From positions 177,136,001-177,200,000 of the forward strand of contig CM059425.1 in the NCBI GenBank assembly GCA_030390025.1: 64,000 nt of DNA. The letters run 5' to 3'. Position 1 is the stretch's first letter. Each line of letters opens with the position of its first letter. The position numbers and the translations under genes were made by a program. The notes below the pieces were generated by a model, which saw nothing but the letters and a program-made list of their open reading frames with translations, searched no databases and had not been told where the DNA came from. This document shows, one piece after another, positions 36,670-50,500 of the stretch. This DNA is from Squalus acanthias (lineage: Eukaryota).

Positions 36670-37970
36670 ATAATCTGATAGAATGTCAGTATAGAGGTGG
36701 CAGAGGTTGAACAGACAACTAATGCCGCCCCCCACCCCCCACCCCCAGAAGAGAAGCAAGAAGAGGAAGAGGCTGCCTGCGTAGAACCCAAGGGGAGCTA
36801 AACTCACTGATTGGCAACTACTTTCAGTGAAGGACAGCTTTAGGCATTGTGCAGCTGTGGCTCAACAATGAAATCCATTCAAATTGATTTTCCCTAGTGC
36901 TGCCCAATACCATCAGTCAGAACATTTTCAGCCACCACTCGAAAAAGCACACCACATGCAATTTACTGGGTAGTGCCACCTCAACTCCAAAATGCACCTT
37001 CTCCAACGCCCTCCACAGTTTCCTAGGCACATAGGGCAAGTGCCATCAGCTCAAAGATGGTCAACTACTTCAGCATGGCTGGACCACCACCTGTCCTCAC
37101 TATATGGTTGCAGGCAGCATTGGCCTTTTTGTGAATGAGCAATGGTAACAGCACCCCTGTGCATTGAAAACGTTCCTCCCGGGCTCAGACTCACATGTTG
37201 CTTTTCCTGCCAGTTCTCTTTTGTGGATGACCTGTGAAGATCACCATTCATGGAAATCAGGTGCCCCCATGCAGCATCTATAGAATGAAGGGAGTAAATT
37301 TTGACCTTTGAGTGACCAACTGACGGAGCGCGTGGCCAGTCGCCGGTACTTGAGGTGAAGAGGCAGCCGTGATTTGGAGGCACTGGCTTCATTTACATTG
37401 GACTGGAGTGCTACGGTGCCCGGATGCAGCTCGCCGATTTAAGGCTGACCAATATTGGCCCGCTTCACTCGCCATCAAGGTAAGTGTGGGGAGTGGGGGG
37501 GGGGTCGTGATCACGGAGGTTGTGTCCTGGGGCTGCAGTGGCCCAGAGTATTTTTGTGGGGCCTGGAGGAGCACTCCTGCCTCAGAAGAGCACCACTTCT
37601 ACACCAATGTGATATTTCAATTTCTCACACCAGTCATCTGCATACTCTCTTCGAACGAGTTTGCCAATTAGTACCAAATTTTGGGCACATTTGGGCTGTG
37701 GCCCTGTCTACACTAGGAATTAGGTTGAAACTGTTGCAACTCATTTCACACAAAACTCTTACACCTATCAGAGAGGAGAATTGCATCCTATTAGTCTTGA
37801 TTTGGATTCAAGTCATGGGGGTGATTTTCCTCAGGGTTTCTCCACCTCCAACACCAAGGAAATTCACCCCCCCCCCCCATAAGTTGGAAGGACAGTATTC
37901 TAACCCACTTCTCTACCCAGTGTCCCAATGAATCATTTACCTCTTTTGCACAGATTTTTTTAAAGACATC

Positions 37971-38793
37971 GGGGGTGATTTTGCCAATGGGGAGCTTTTG
38001 GAGGCGGGACTCCCACTTCTCGGGTTTCAGTCCCGCCTCCATCAACTTCTGGCCAACCCACGCTATTTTCCCTTGATTGACCTTGTTAAGCCTGCCCAGC
38101 GGGCTTAGCAGGCCAATTAAGGGAAAGCCGGTTACAGAGAACGTCAATGTATGACGTTTCATCTGTCAAAAAATTTTGACAGATGAATTGTCATCGTTTG
38201 ACAGCTCTGTGAAGCTGTCAAACAGTGACATTCTCTGTAGTTTGATGAGTTCTTGAATTCAAGACCTCATCAAACCTCTTTCTTTTGCAGAAATTAAATG
38301 GTTGTTGCATTGGAGAATACAACGGCCATCTGTCATCTCTACCGCGGAGGTGCGAGACTCTCCGCATACCCACTGATTGAAGCCTGCAGGAAGAAACAAA
38401 GGTAAGTACACTTTTTCTAACACTTTCCACTTACCTCAGATACTCACCTCTCCACTTGCACCCATCACTCACCTCCACAGCGCACTTTTGGACCCCGCAG
38501 ACCCACTACTCGCCTCGGTGACCCTGGCGGGGTTCAGAGCTTTTGGGAAGCCCGCACTTGTGTGGGCAAAATGGGGATAATCCTCTTATCTGCCTGTTAA
38601 CTACCTGTTAACAGGCAGTTAATTGGCTTTAATCCCTTCCCGCCTCCAAGGAGACGGGACCCGGCGCGGGACGGCTACCCGCCTCCTGGCAAGATGGCAT
38701 GGAGGCGGGTTGGGCACCCGCCCCCAAATTCTGCCATTTTCCCGGCAATCCCGCCTGCATACCCGCCTCCCCAGGGCTGGCAAGATCACGCCC
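37971..38793. mobile_element. Harbinger-type non-autonomous element, family A copy 3
   Basis: TIR gggggtgattttgcca/tggcaagatcacgccc, ATC TSD; colinear with copies 1 and 2. Confidence 0.88.
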
Positions 38794-39379
38794 ATCATTT
38801 CACATGGCTACGTTCCTTATGGAATTCTGACAGAAATAGTCTAGAGAACAGACCAGTTACTGAAGGTCTTTTCCTTATGAGTATTAGGAACAGCAGAGAC
38901 CTTAGTAAAGAACAAATTGATACACAAGGGCTCCAGTTCAGTAATTCTCATTAAGGCTGATTCCACTATTCTATGCAAACTGGCTCCGGGATCACTGCGC
39001 ACACTTACACAAGTAAAATAGGAACCTAAAGGAAGAACATAACCTGCCTTCACCAGATTCAGGGAGGTCAGCTAATTAAAATGATTTCTGGGTTCTCCCT
39101 GCACAGTTTTCACAAGTGTGCTCTGGCTGCATGTGGATTGGAAATGGGGAGAGCAGTAGCTCTTCTCTAAGAATGCTACTTACATTTGCCTGACTGCTGC
39201 TGGGAGTCTCATCAAAGGGCAGGTGTCAGATCAGCTAATTCAGCACTGCCCAAACTACAGCCCATGTGCCATATCTAGCCCACAAGCCCTAGAAATATGT
39301 CAAAATGTGTTGTATGTGGGGCCTAAATATCATGAAGACCATAGGATGTTCATGCAGGGCCAGATTTACAGATTTTGAG

Positions 39380-39760
39380 AGAATATCCTATGAATCAATG
39401 ATTGGTACATTATTCTTCCTGGCTGCACATTATCCTTGCCTATTTTGGCTTCCTCCTCCTCCTCCTCCTCCTCTTCTTCTCTTTGTAGGCTGACCCTCTT
39501 GGTCCTTTCGCTGAAGGGTTTTGCCCTCTGCAATGCAAAATTATGCAGGATACAGCAGATACAGACACCTTGTCAGGGCTGCAGAACAATACCCCATGTG
39601 ATCTGACCAGGCAGCAGACTCTCTGGAACTAATTGTCCACAAATTTGGAGATAGCACATGCCTGTGGCACGGGTGTATTAGTGTCTGTACATGTGGAGGA
39701 GGTCGGCCCAAGACACTGCGGTGAGCTAAATGGAATGATATTAAGTAGTTTATGAAGTGC
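39380..39760 (-). pseudogene. Decayed Harbinger transposase C-terminal remnant
   Basis: Minus strand reads CCILHNFALQR followed by a poly-Glu stretch, as at 10283-10525. Confidence 0.55.
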
Positions 39761-41552
39761 CTGTACGTTTAATTCTGTTAAATTATTTTGTCAGATGCAT
39801 TGCATGTAGTTCCTTGCCATTTATTCTGGCTTTCTCCAATTGCCTTTCTCAGAATGGTTGTCAGACCTGAAATGCCAGCATTTTGTAATCATTTTTCAAC
39901 ATCGATGCACATATGAGCATTGATTTTCCTGCGCTATTCTGACCAAAGTCATCAGGATAGTGGTGGAGAAGGGGGCAAAATTAGGTGGTGAGGCCTGCCA
40001 CTGACTCACGGCCCTGATCTGAATTTCCCTCTTTCGACCCCCAACAAGACCATCGCTGGCCTCTCCATCCCTGCCTACTGCATGCAAATGCTGGCAGGAG
40101 AGGGGGTAGGTCTTTGGTTCCCAGCCCATTTTCTTGCCATCTATCCCATTCCTGCTGCTCCCTGTGACAACCATGTAAACCAGGAAGGTAGGTGTGGGGT
40201 AGTGGCAGGAATGGCTCCACATTTGGCAAATGGAGGGAAAAGGCCTATCCCTCCAATTACTTATCTTCTGAAGGCCTTGGTTGATATCAAGGCCTTCAGA
40301 CCATATCCTGGTCAAGTCTTTGAGGCTTTGTGGCCCCCTTCATATTGTCTTCCACCTCTTCAGGTGCTGCAATGACACTTGGGTCTATTGGTATGCTCCT
40401 GCTTGCTGGTGGGATACCACCATGAATACCTAATCACCCACAACCCAGGAAGCTGGGCTAGAATAATAGCAGGGAAAGGGTGGTAGGCATAAGTCCCACC
40501 CCAATCCTGCTGGAGCGGGATCAGGAAAATCCAGCTCCAGTAACTTTTCCTTCCTTCCATCCAACATGACAAAGCCAAAAAGGGCAGATAAAGACAAAGA
40601 TTAAAAAATGAATCTCCTTAGTTAAGAAACCAGTGCTACAATATTGCCACTATTCCCTGGAAAGATATTCCTTCCTTTCCTTGCTTACATAGTTCAGCTC
40701 TGATAATGCAATTACTTGCATAAATGATTTAGTTACTAGAAACATGCATTTAACTGTGATGTGTAAGGTTCATGTCTGGAGGATGAAGACACATAGGGAT
40801 AAAATTAAATGAATGGAAAGGAAATTGGGAATGGTGATGCTTTACGTCCAGGTGATAAAGATGAAAATCTACTCCACAAACTGAGAAGAAAAGGTTGTCT
40901 TCTAGGATGAAAAATGATGAAAGTACAAGAGGCCAGGTTTTATACAATTAAATAGTGTGTAATTAAAAGTGTTGGTTAGAAAACTATAATTGCCTGTGGT
41001 GCAGTAATAAATCATTTGCCAGTCATATTAGCTGCGAGTTAAGTGAATATGTGGGTTAACATATAAGCGACAATTTTTCTGAATAATATAATTGCTTATT
41101 GTCTGCTTTATGATTCAACTCAAGGCCTCATGCTACATTATGTTAAGCAGCCCTCAAAGTATTCTGTCGTGATTCACTCAGTTATTCCAAAATGACTTAC
41201 TTGTCAGCATTTCTATTGATCGTGCCCACACTCCTCTGCAGAGAATTGTTTATATGACTGCTGAACATGAATCTATATATGACAGCCATATTGTGGTATG
41301 TCATATATAAACAGATCTTACTGCTTTTGTTCTTGTTCACAATCCCATTAAAATAATCAAACTCTTAGTATTAAAAATATCTGTAAATCATGTAATATTC
41401 ACTGCAGTCTCCTGGAGCTAACCAGGTTCTCCTGGGCTAAGCACAGTCTCCCAGAAATAACCACAGCCTTTTGGGGCTACCATAGCCTTCTGGAGCTAAT
41501 TATAATTACCTGGAGCAAACCACAGTTTGGTGTACCTAATTGTGGTTTATTG

Positions 41553-44500
41553 CAGCTAACCACAGAATCCTGGAGCTCACCGCAGTCTCCTGGAGCTCAC
41601 CGCAGACTCCTGCAGCTAACCGCAGACTCCTGGAGCTCACCGCAGTCTCCTGGAGCTCACCGCAGACTCCTGGAGCTCACCGCAGACTCCTAGAGCTCAC
41701 CGCAGTCTCCTGGAGCTCACCGCAGACTCCTGGAGCTCACCGCAGACTCCTGGAGCTCACCGCAGTCTCCTGGAGCTCACCGCAGACTCCTGGAGCTAAC
41801 CACAGACTCCTGGAGCTAACCGCAGTCTCCTGGAGCTCATCGCAGACTCCTGGAGCTCACCGCAGACTCCTGGAGCTCACCGCAGTCTCCTGAAGCTCAC
41901 CGCAGTCTCCTGGAGCTCACCGCAGACTCCTGGAGCTCACCGCAGACTCCTGGAGCTCACTGCAGACTCCTGGAGCTCAGCGCAGAATCCTGGAGCTCAG
42001 CGCAGACGCCTGGAGCTCCACCGCAGTTTACTGGAGCTCACCGCAGACTCCTGGAGCTCACCGCAGTCTCCTGGAGATAACCGCAGTCTCCTGGAGCTCA
42101 CTGCAGACTCCTGGAGCTCACCGCAGTCTCCCGGAGCTCACCGCAGTCTCCTGGAGCTCACCGCAGACTCCTGGAGCTAACAACCGCAGACTCCTGGAGC
42201 TAATAACCGCAGACTCCTGGAGCTAACTGCAGACTCCTGGAGCTAACAACCGCAGAGTCCTGGAGCTCACCGCAGACTCCTGGAGCTAACAACCGCAGAC
42301 TCCTGGAGCTCACCGCAGTCTCCTGGAGCTCACTGCAGACTCCTGGAGCTCACCGCAGTCTCCTGGAGCTCACCGCAGACTCCTGGAGCTCACCGCAGAC
42401 TCCTGGAGCTCACCGCAGATTCCTGGAGCTCACCGCAGACTCCTGGAGCTCAGCGCAGACTCCTTGAGCTCAACGCAGTCTCCTGGAGCTCACCGCAGAC
42501 TCCTGGAGCTCACCGCAGAGTCCTAGAGCTCACCGCAGTCTCCTGGAGCTCACCGCAGACTCCTGGAGCTAACAACCGCAGACTCCTGGAGCTAACTGCA
42601 GACTCCTGGAGCTCACCGCAGACTCCTGGAGCTAACTGCAGACTCCTGGAGCTAACAACCGCAGTCTCCTGGAGCTCACCGCAGACTCCTGGAGCTCACC
42701 GCAGTCTCCTGGATCTCACCGCAGACTCCTGGAGATAACTGCAGACTCCTGGAGCTAACAACCGCAGACTCCTGGAGCTCACCGCAGACTCCTGGAGCTA
42801 ACAACCGCAGACTCCTGGAGCTCACCGCAGTCTCCTGGAGCTCACCGCAGTCTCCTGGAGATAACCGCAGACTCCTGGAGCTCACCGCAGACTCCTGGAG
42901 CTCACCGCAGTCTCCTGGAGCTCACCGCAGACTCCTGGAGCTAACAACCGCAGACTCCTGGAGCTAACATCCGCAGACTCCTGGAGCTAACTACAGACTC
43001 CTGGAGCTAACAACTGCAGAGTCCTGGAGCTCACCGCAGACTCCTGGAGCTCTCCTCAGACTCCTGGAGCTCACCGCAGATTCCTGGAGCTCACCGCAGA
43101 CTCCTGGAGCTCACCGCAGTCTCCTGGAGCTCACCGCAGACTCTTGGAGCTCGCCTCAGACTCCTGGAGCTCACCGCAGATTCCTGGAGCTCACCACAGA
43201 CTCCTGGAGCTCACCGCAGTCTCCTGGAGCTCACCGCAGACTCCTGGAGCTCAGCGCAGACTCCTGGAGCTCAGCGCAGACTCCTGGAGATAACAACCGC
43301 AGAGTCCTGGAGCTCACTGCAGACTCCTGGAGCTCACCGCAGACTCCTGGAGCTCTCCGCAGAGTCCTGGAGCTCACCGCAGACTCCTGGAGCTCACCGC
43401 AGAGTCCTGGAGCTCACCGCAGTCTCCTGGAGCTCACCGCAGTCTCCTGGAGATAACCGCAGACTCCTGGAGATAACCGCAGACTCCTGGAGCTCACTGC
43501 AGAGTCTTGGAGCTCACCGCAGACTCCTGGAGCTAACAACCGCAGACTCCTGGAGCTCACCACAGTCTCCTGGAGCTCACCGCAGACTCCTGGAGCTCAC
43601 CGCAGTCTCCTGGAGATAACCGCAGACGCCTGGAGCTCACCGCAGACTCCTGGAGCTCACCGCAGACTCCTGGAGCTCACCGCAGTCTCCTGGAGCTCAC
43701 CGCAGACTCCTGGAGCTAACAACCGCAGACTCCTGGAGCTAACAACCGCAGACTCCTGGAGCTAACTGCAGACTCCTGGAGCTAACAACCGCAGTCTCCT
43801 GGAGCTCACCGCAGACTCCTGGAGCTCACCGCAGACTCCTGGAGCTCACCGCAGAGTCCTGGAGCTCACCGCAGTCTCCTGGAGCTCACCGCAGTCTCCT
43901 GGAGATAACCGCAGACTCCTGGAGATAACCGCAGACTCCTGGAGCTCACTGCAGAGTCTTGGAGCTCACCGCAGACTCCTGGAGCTAACAACCGCAGACT
44001 CCTGGAGCTCACCACAGTCTCCTGGAGCTCACCGCAGACTCCTGGAGCTCACCGCAGTCTCCTGGAGATAACCGCAGACGCCTGGAGCTCACCGCAGACT
44101 CCTGGAGCTCACCGCAGACTCCTGGAGCTCACCGCAGTCTCCTGGAGCTCACCGCAGACTCCTGGAGCTAACAACCGCAGACTCCTGGCGCTAACAACCG
44201 CAGACTCCTGGAGCTAACTGCAGACTCCTGGAGCTAACAACCGCAGAGTCCTGGAGCTCACCGCAGACTCATGGAGCTAACAACCGCAGTCTCCTGGAGC
44301 TCACCGCAGACTCCTGGAGCTCACCGCAGACTCCTGGAGCTCAGCGCAGACTCCTGGAGCTCAGCGCAGACTCCTGGAGCTCACCGCAGTCTCCTGGAGC
44401 TCACCGCAGACTCCTGGAGCTAACAACCGCAGACTCCTGGGGCTAACTGCAGACTCCTGGAGCTAACAACCGCAGAGTCCTGGAGCTCACCGCAGACTCA

Positions 44501-47500
44501 TGGAGCTAACAACCGCAGTCTCCTGGAGCTCACCGCAGACTCCTGGAGCTCACCGCAGACTCCTGGAGCTCAGCGCAGACTCCTGGAGCTCAGCGCAGAC
44601 TCCTGGAGCTCACCGCAGTTTCCTGGAGCTCACCGCAGACTCCTGGAGCTCACCGCAGACTCCTGGAGCTCAGCGCAGTCTCCTGGAGCTCACCGCAGTC
44701 TACTGGAGCTCACCGCAGTCTCCTGGAGCTCACCGCAGCGTCCTGGAGCTCACTGCAGTCTCCTGGAACTCACCGCAGTCTCCTGGAACTCACCGCAGAC
44801 TCCTGGAACTCACCGCAGTCTCCTGGAGCTCAGCCAGATTCCTGGAGCTCACCGCAGTCTCCTGGAGCTCACCGCGGTCTCCTGGAGCTCACCTGCAGTC
44901 TCCTGGAGCTCACCGCAGCGTCCTGGAGCTCACCGCAGACTCCTGGAGCTCACCGCAGTCTCCTGGAGCTCACCGCAGACTCCTGGAGCTCACCGCAGAC
45001 TCCTGGAGCTCACCGCAGACTCCTGGAGCTCACCGCAGTCTCCTGGAGCTCACCGCAGTCTCCTGGAGCTAACCGCAGACTCCTGGAGCTCACCGCAGTC
45101 TCCTGGAGCTCACCGCAGAGTCCTGGAGCTCACCGCAGTCTCCTGGAGCTCACCGCAGACTCCTGGAGCTCACCGCAGTCTCCTGGAGCTCACCGCAGTC
45201 TCCTGGAGCTCACCGCAGACTCCTGGAGCTCACCGCAGACTCCTGGAGCTCACTGCAGAGTCTTGGAGCTCACCGCAGACTCCTGGAGCTACAACCGCAG
45301 ACTCCTGGAGCTCACCACAGTCTCCTGGAGCTCACCGCAGACTCCTGGAGCTCACCGCAGTCTCCTGGAGATAACCGCAGTCGCCTGGAGCTCACCGCAG
45401 ACTCCTGGAGCTCACCGCAGACTCCTGGAGCTCACCGCAGTCTCCTGGAGCTCACCGCAGACTCCTGGAGCTAACAACCGCAGACTCCTGGAGCTAACAA
45501 CCGCAGACTCCTGGAGCTAACTGCAGACTCCTGGAGCTAACAACCGCAGAGTCCTGGAGCTCACCGCAGACTCATGGAGCTAACAACCGCAGTCTCCTGG
45601 AGCTCACCGCAGACTCCTGGAGCTCACCGCAGACTCCTGGAGCTCACCGCAGAGTCCTGGAGCTCACCGCAGTCTCCTGGAGCTCACCGCAGTCTCCTGG
45701 AGATAACCGCAGACTCCTGGAGATAACCGCAGACTCCTGGAGCTCACTGCAGAGTCTTGGAGCTCACCGCAGACTCCTGGAGCTAACAACCGCAGACTCC
45801 TGGAGCTCACCACAGTCTCCTGGAGCTCACCGCAGACTCCTGGAGCTCACCGCAGTCTCCTGGAGATAACCGCAGACGCCTGGAGCTCACCGCAGACTCC
45901 TGGAGCTCACCGCAGACTCCTGGAGCTCACCGCAGTCTCCTGGAGCTCACCGCAGACTCCTGGAGCTAACAACCGCAGACTCCTGGAGCTAACAACCGCA
46001 GACTCCTGGAGCTAACTGCAGACTCCTGGAGCTAACAACCGCAGAGTCCTGGAGCTAACTGCAGACTCCTGGAGCTAACAACCGCAGAGTCCTGGAGCTC
46101 ACTGCAGACTCATGGAGCTAACAACCGCAGTCTCCTGGAGCTCACCGCAGACTCCTGGAGCTCAGCGCAGACTCCTGGAGCTAACAACCGCAGACTCCTG
46201 GGGCTAACTGCAGACTCCTGGAGCTAACAACCGCAGAGTCCTGGAGCTCACCGCAGACTCATGGAGCTAACAACCGCAGTCTCCTGGAGCTCACCGCAGA
46301 CTCCTGGAGCTCACCGCAGACTCCTGGAGCTCAGCGCAGACTCCTGGAGCTCAGCGCAGACTCCTGGAGCTCACCGCAGTTTCCTGGAGCTCACCGCAGA
46401 CTCCTGGAGCTCACCGCAGACTCCTGGAGCTCAGCGCAGTCTCCTGGAGCTCACCGCAGTCTACTGGAGCTCACCGCAGTCTCCTGGAGCTCACCGCAGC
46501 GTCCTGGAGCTCACTGCAGTCTCCTGGAACTCACCGCAGTCTCCTGGAACTCACCGCAGACTCCTGGAACTCACCGCAGTCTCCTGGAGCTCAGCCAGAT
46601 TCCTGGAGCTCACCGCAGTCTCCTGGAGCTCACCGCGGTCTCTTGGAGCTCAATGCGGTCTCCTGGAGCTCACCGCAGCGTCCTGGAGCTCACCGCAGGC
46701 TCCTGGAGCTCACCGCAGTCTCCTGGAGCTCACCACAGTCTCCTGGAGCTCACCGCAGGCTCCTGGAGCTCACCCCAGACTGCTGGAACTCACCGCAGTC
46801 TCCTGGAGCTCACCGCAGTCTCCTGGAGCTCACCGCAGACTCCTGGAGCTCAGCGCAGACTCCTGGAGCTCAGCGCAGACTCCTGGAGCTCACCGCAGTC
46901 TCCTGGAGCTCACCGCAGACTCCTGGAGCTCAGCGCAGTCTCCTGGAGCTCACCGCAGTCTCCTGGAGTTCACCGCAGTCTCCTGGAGCTCACCGCAGCG
47001 TCCTGGAGCTCACTGCAGTCTCCTGGAACTCACCGCAGTCTCCTGGAACTCACCGCAGACTCCTGGAACTCACCGCAGTCTCCTGGAGCTCACCCAGATT
47101 CCTGGAGCTCACCGCAGTCTTCTGGAGCTCACCGCGGTCTCCTGGAGCTCACCGCAGTCTCCTGGAGCTCACCGCAGCGTCCTGGAGCTCACCACAGCCT
47201 CCTGGAGCTCACCGCAGTCTCCTGGAGCTCACCGCAGACTCCTGGAGCTCACCGCAGAGTCCTGGAGCTCACCGCAGACTCCTGGAGCTCACCGCAGTCT
47301 CCTGGAGATAACCGCAGACTCCTGGAGGTAACCGCAGACTCCTGGAGCTCACCGCAGAGTCCTGGAGCTCACCGCAGACTCCTGGAGCTCACCGCAGAGT
47401 CCTGGAGCTCACCACAGAGTCCTGGAGCTAACAACCGCAGACTCCTGGAGCTCACCGCAGTCTCCTGGAACTCACCGCAGTCTCCTGGAGATAACCGCAG

Positions 47501-50500
47501 TCTCCTGGAGCTAACAACTGCAGTCTCCTGGAGCTCACCCCAGACTCCTGGAACTCACCGCAGTCTCCTGGAGCTCACCGCAGTCTCCTGGAGCTAACAA
47601 CCGCAGTGTCCTGGAGCTCACCGCAGACTCCTGGAGCTAACAACCGCAGTTTCCTGGAGCTCACCGCAGACTCCTGGAGCTCACCGCAGTCTCCTGGAGC
47701 TCACCGCAGACTCCTGGAGCTCACCGCAGTCTCCTGGAGCTCACCGCAGAGTCCTGGAGCTCACCGCAGACTCCTGGAGCTCACCGCAGAGTCCTGGAGC
47801 TCACCGCAGAGTCCTGGAGCTCACCGCAGTCTCCTGGAGATAACCGCAGACTCCTGGAGATAACCGCAGACTCCTGGAGCTCACCGCAGAGTCCTGGAGC
47901 TCACCGCAGACTCCTGGAGCTAACAACTGCAGTCTCCTGGAGCTCACCGCAGTCTCCTGGAGCTCACCGCAGACTCCTGGAGCTCACCCCAGACTCCTGG
48001 AGGTCACCCCAGACTCCTGGAACTCACCGCAGTCTCCTGGAGCTAACAACCGCAGTGTCCTGGAGCTCACCGCAGACTCCTGGAGCTAACAAACGCAGAC
48101 TCCTGGAGCTCACCGCAGTCTCCTGGAGCTCACCGCAGGCTCCTGGATCTCACCGCAGTCTCCTGGAGCTCACCGCAGTCTCCTGGAGCTCACCGCAGTC
48201 TCCTGGAGATAACCGCAGTCTCCTGGAGATAACCGCAGACTCCTGGAGATAACCGCAGACTACTGGAGCTCACCGCAGAGTCCTGGAGCTCACCGCAGAC
48301 TCCTGGAGCTAACAACCACAGACTCCTGGAGCTCACCGCAGAGTACTGGAGCTCACCGCAGACTCCTGGAGCTAACAACCGCAGACTCCTGGAGCTCACC
48401 GCAGAGTCCTGGAGCTCACCGCAGACTCCTGGAGCTAACAACCGCAGACTCCTGGAGCTAACAACCGCAGACTCCTGGAGCTAACAACCGCAGACTCCTG
48501 GAGCTAACTGCAGACTCCTGGAGCTAACAACCGCAGAGTCCTGGAGCTCACCGCAGACTCCTGGAGCTAACAACCGCAGTCTCCTGGAGCTCACCGCAGA
48601 CTCCTGGAGCTCACCGCAGGCTCCTGGAGCTCACCGCAGTCTCCTGCAGCTCACCGCAGACTCCTGGAGCTCACCGCAGACTCCTGGAGCTCACTGCAGA
48701 CTCCTGGAGCTCACCGCAGTCTCCTGGAGCTCACCGCAGAGTCCTGGAGCACACCGCAGACTCCTGGAACTCACCGCAGACTCCTGGAGCTCACAGCAGT
48801 CTCCTGGAGCTCACCGCAGTCTCCTGGAGCTCACCGCAGTCTCCTGGAGCTCACCGCAGACTCCTGGAGCTCACCGCAGACTCCTGGAGCTCACCGCAGA
48901 CTCCTGGAGCTCACCGCAGATTCCTGGAGCTCACCGCAGACTCCTGGAGCTCTCCGCAGAGGCCTGGAGCTCACCGCAGACTCCTGGAGCTCACCGCAGA
49001 GTCCTGGAGCTCACCGCAGTCTCCTGGAGATAACCGCAGACTCCTGGAGATAATCGCAGACTCCTGGAGCTCACTGCAGAGTCTTGGAGCTCACCGCAGA
49101 CTCCTGGAGCTAACAACCGCAGACTCCTGGAGCTCACCACAGTCTCCTGGAGCTCACCGCAGACTCCTGGAGCTCACCGCAGTCTCCTGGAGATAACTGC
49201 AGACTCCTGGAGCTCACCGCAGACTCCTGGAGCTCACCGCAGTCTCCTGGTGCTCACCGCAGAGTCCTGGAGCTCACCGCAGCGTCCTGGAGCTCACCGC
49301 AGTCTCCTGGAGCTCACCGCAGTCTCCTGGAGCTCACCGCAGGCTCCTGGAGCTCACCGCAGTCTCCTGGAGCTCACCGCAGGCTCCTGGAGCTCACCGC
49401 AGGCTCCTGGAGCTCACCCCAGACTCCTGGAACTCACCGCAGTCTCCTGGAGCTCACCGCAGTCTCCTGGAGCTCACCGCAGTCTCCTGGAGCTCACCGC
49501 AGACTCCTGGAGCTCACCGCAGTCTCCTGGAGCTCACCGCAGACTCCTGGAGCTCACCGCAGACTCCTGGAGCTCACCGCAGTCTCCTGGAGCTCACCGC
49601 AGTCTCCTGGAGCTCACCGCAGTCTCCTGGAGCTCACCGCAGACTCCTGGAGCTCACCGCAGAGTCCTGGAGCTCACCGCAGACTCATGGAGCTCACCGC
49701 AGATTCCTGGAGATCACCGCAGAGTCCTGGAGCTCACCGCAGTCTCCTGGAGATAACCGCAGACTCCTGGAGATAACCGCAGACTCCTGGAGCTCACCGC
49801 AGTCTCCTGGAGCCCACCACAGAGTCCTGGAGCTCACCGCAGAGTCCTGGAGCTCACCGCAGTCTCCTGGAGATAACCGCAGACTCCTGGAGATAACCGC
49901 AGAGTCCTGGAGCTCACCGCAGACTCCTGGAGCTAACAACCGCAGACTCCTGGAGCTCACCGCAGTCTCCTGGAGCTCACCGCAGTCTCCTGGAGATAAC
50001 CGCAGTCTCCTGGAGATAACCGCAGACTCCTGGAACTCACCGCAGAGTCCTGGAGCTCACCGCAGACTCCTGGAGCTAACAACCGCAGACTCCTGGAGCT
50101 CACCGCAGACTCCCGGAGCTCACTGCAGACTCCTGGAGCAAACAACCGCAGAGTCCTGGAGCTCACCGCAGACTCCTGGAGCTAACAACCGCAGACTCCT
50201 GGAGCTAACTGCAGACTCCTGGAGCTAACAACTGCAGTCTCCTGGAGCTCACCGCAGACTCCTGGAGCTAACAACCGCAGAGTCCTGGAGCTCACCGCAG
50301 TCTCCTGGAGCTAACAACTGCAGTCTCCTGGAGCTCACGGCAGACTCCTGGAGCTCACCGCAGACTCCTGGAGCTAACAACTGCAGTCTCCTGGAGCTCT
50401 CCGCAGTCTCCTGGAGCTCACCGCAGACTCCTGGAACTCACCGCAGTCTCCTGTAGCTCACCGCAGACTCCTGGAGCTCACCCCAGACTCCTGGAGGTCA

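Noticed and set aside
44500..49756. Long ORFs with ELTAVSWSSPQTPGAHRRLL repeats
   Set aside because: By-product of a 20-bp unit with no plus-strand stop. All three frames give the same peptide, and variant units introduce stops freely.
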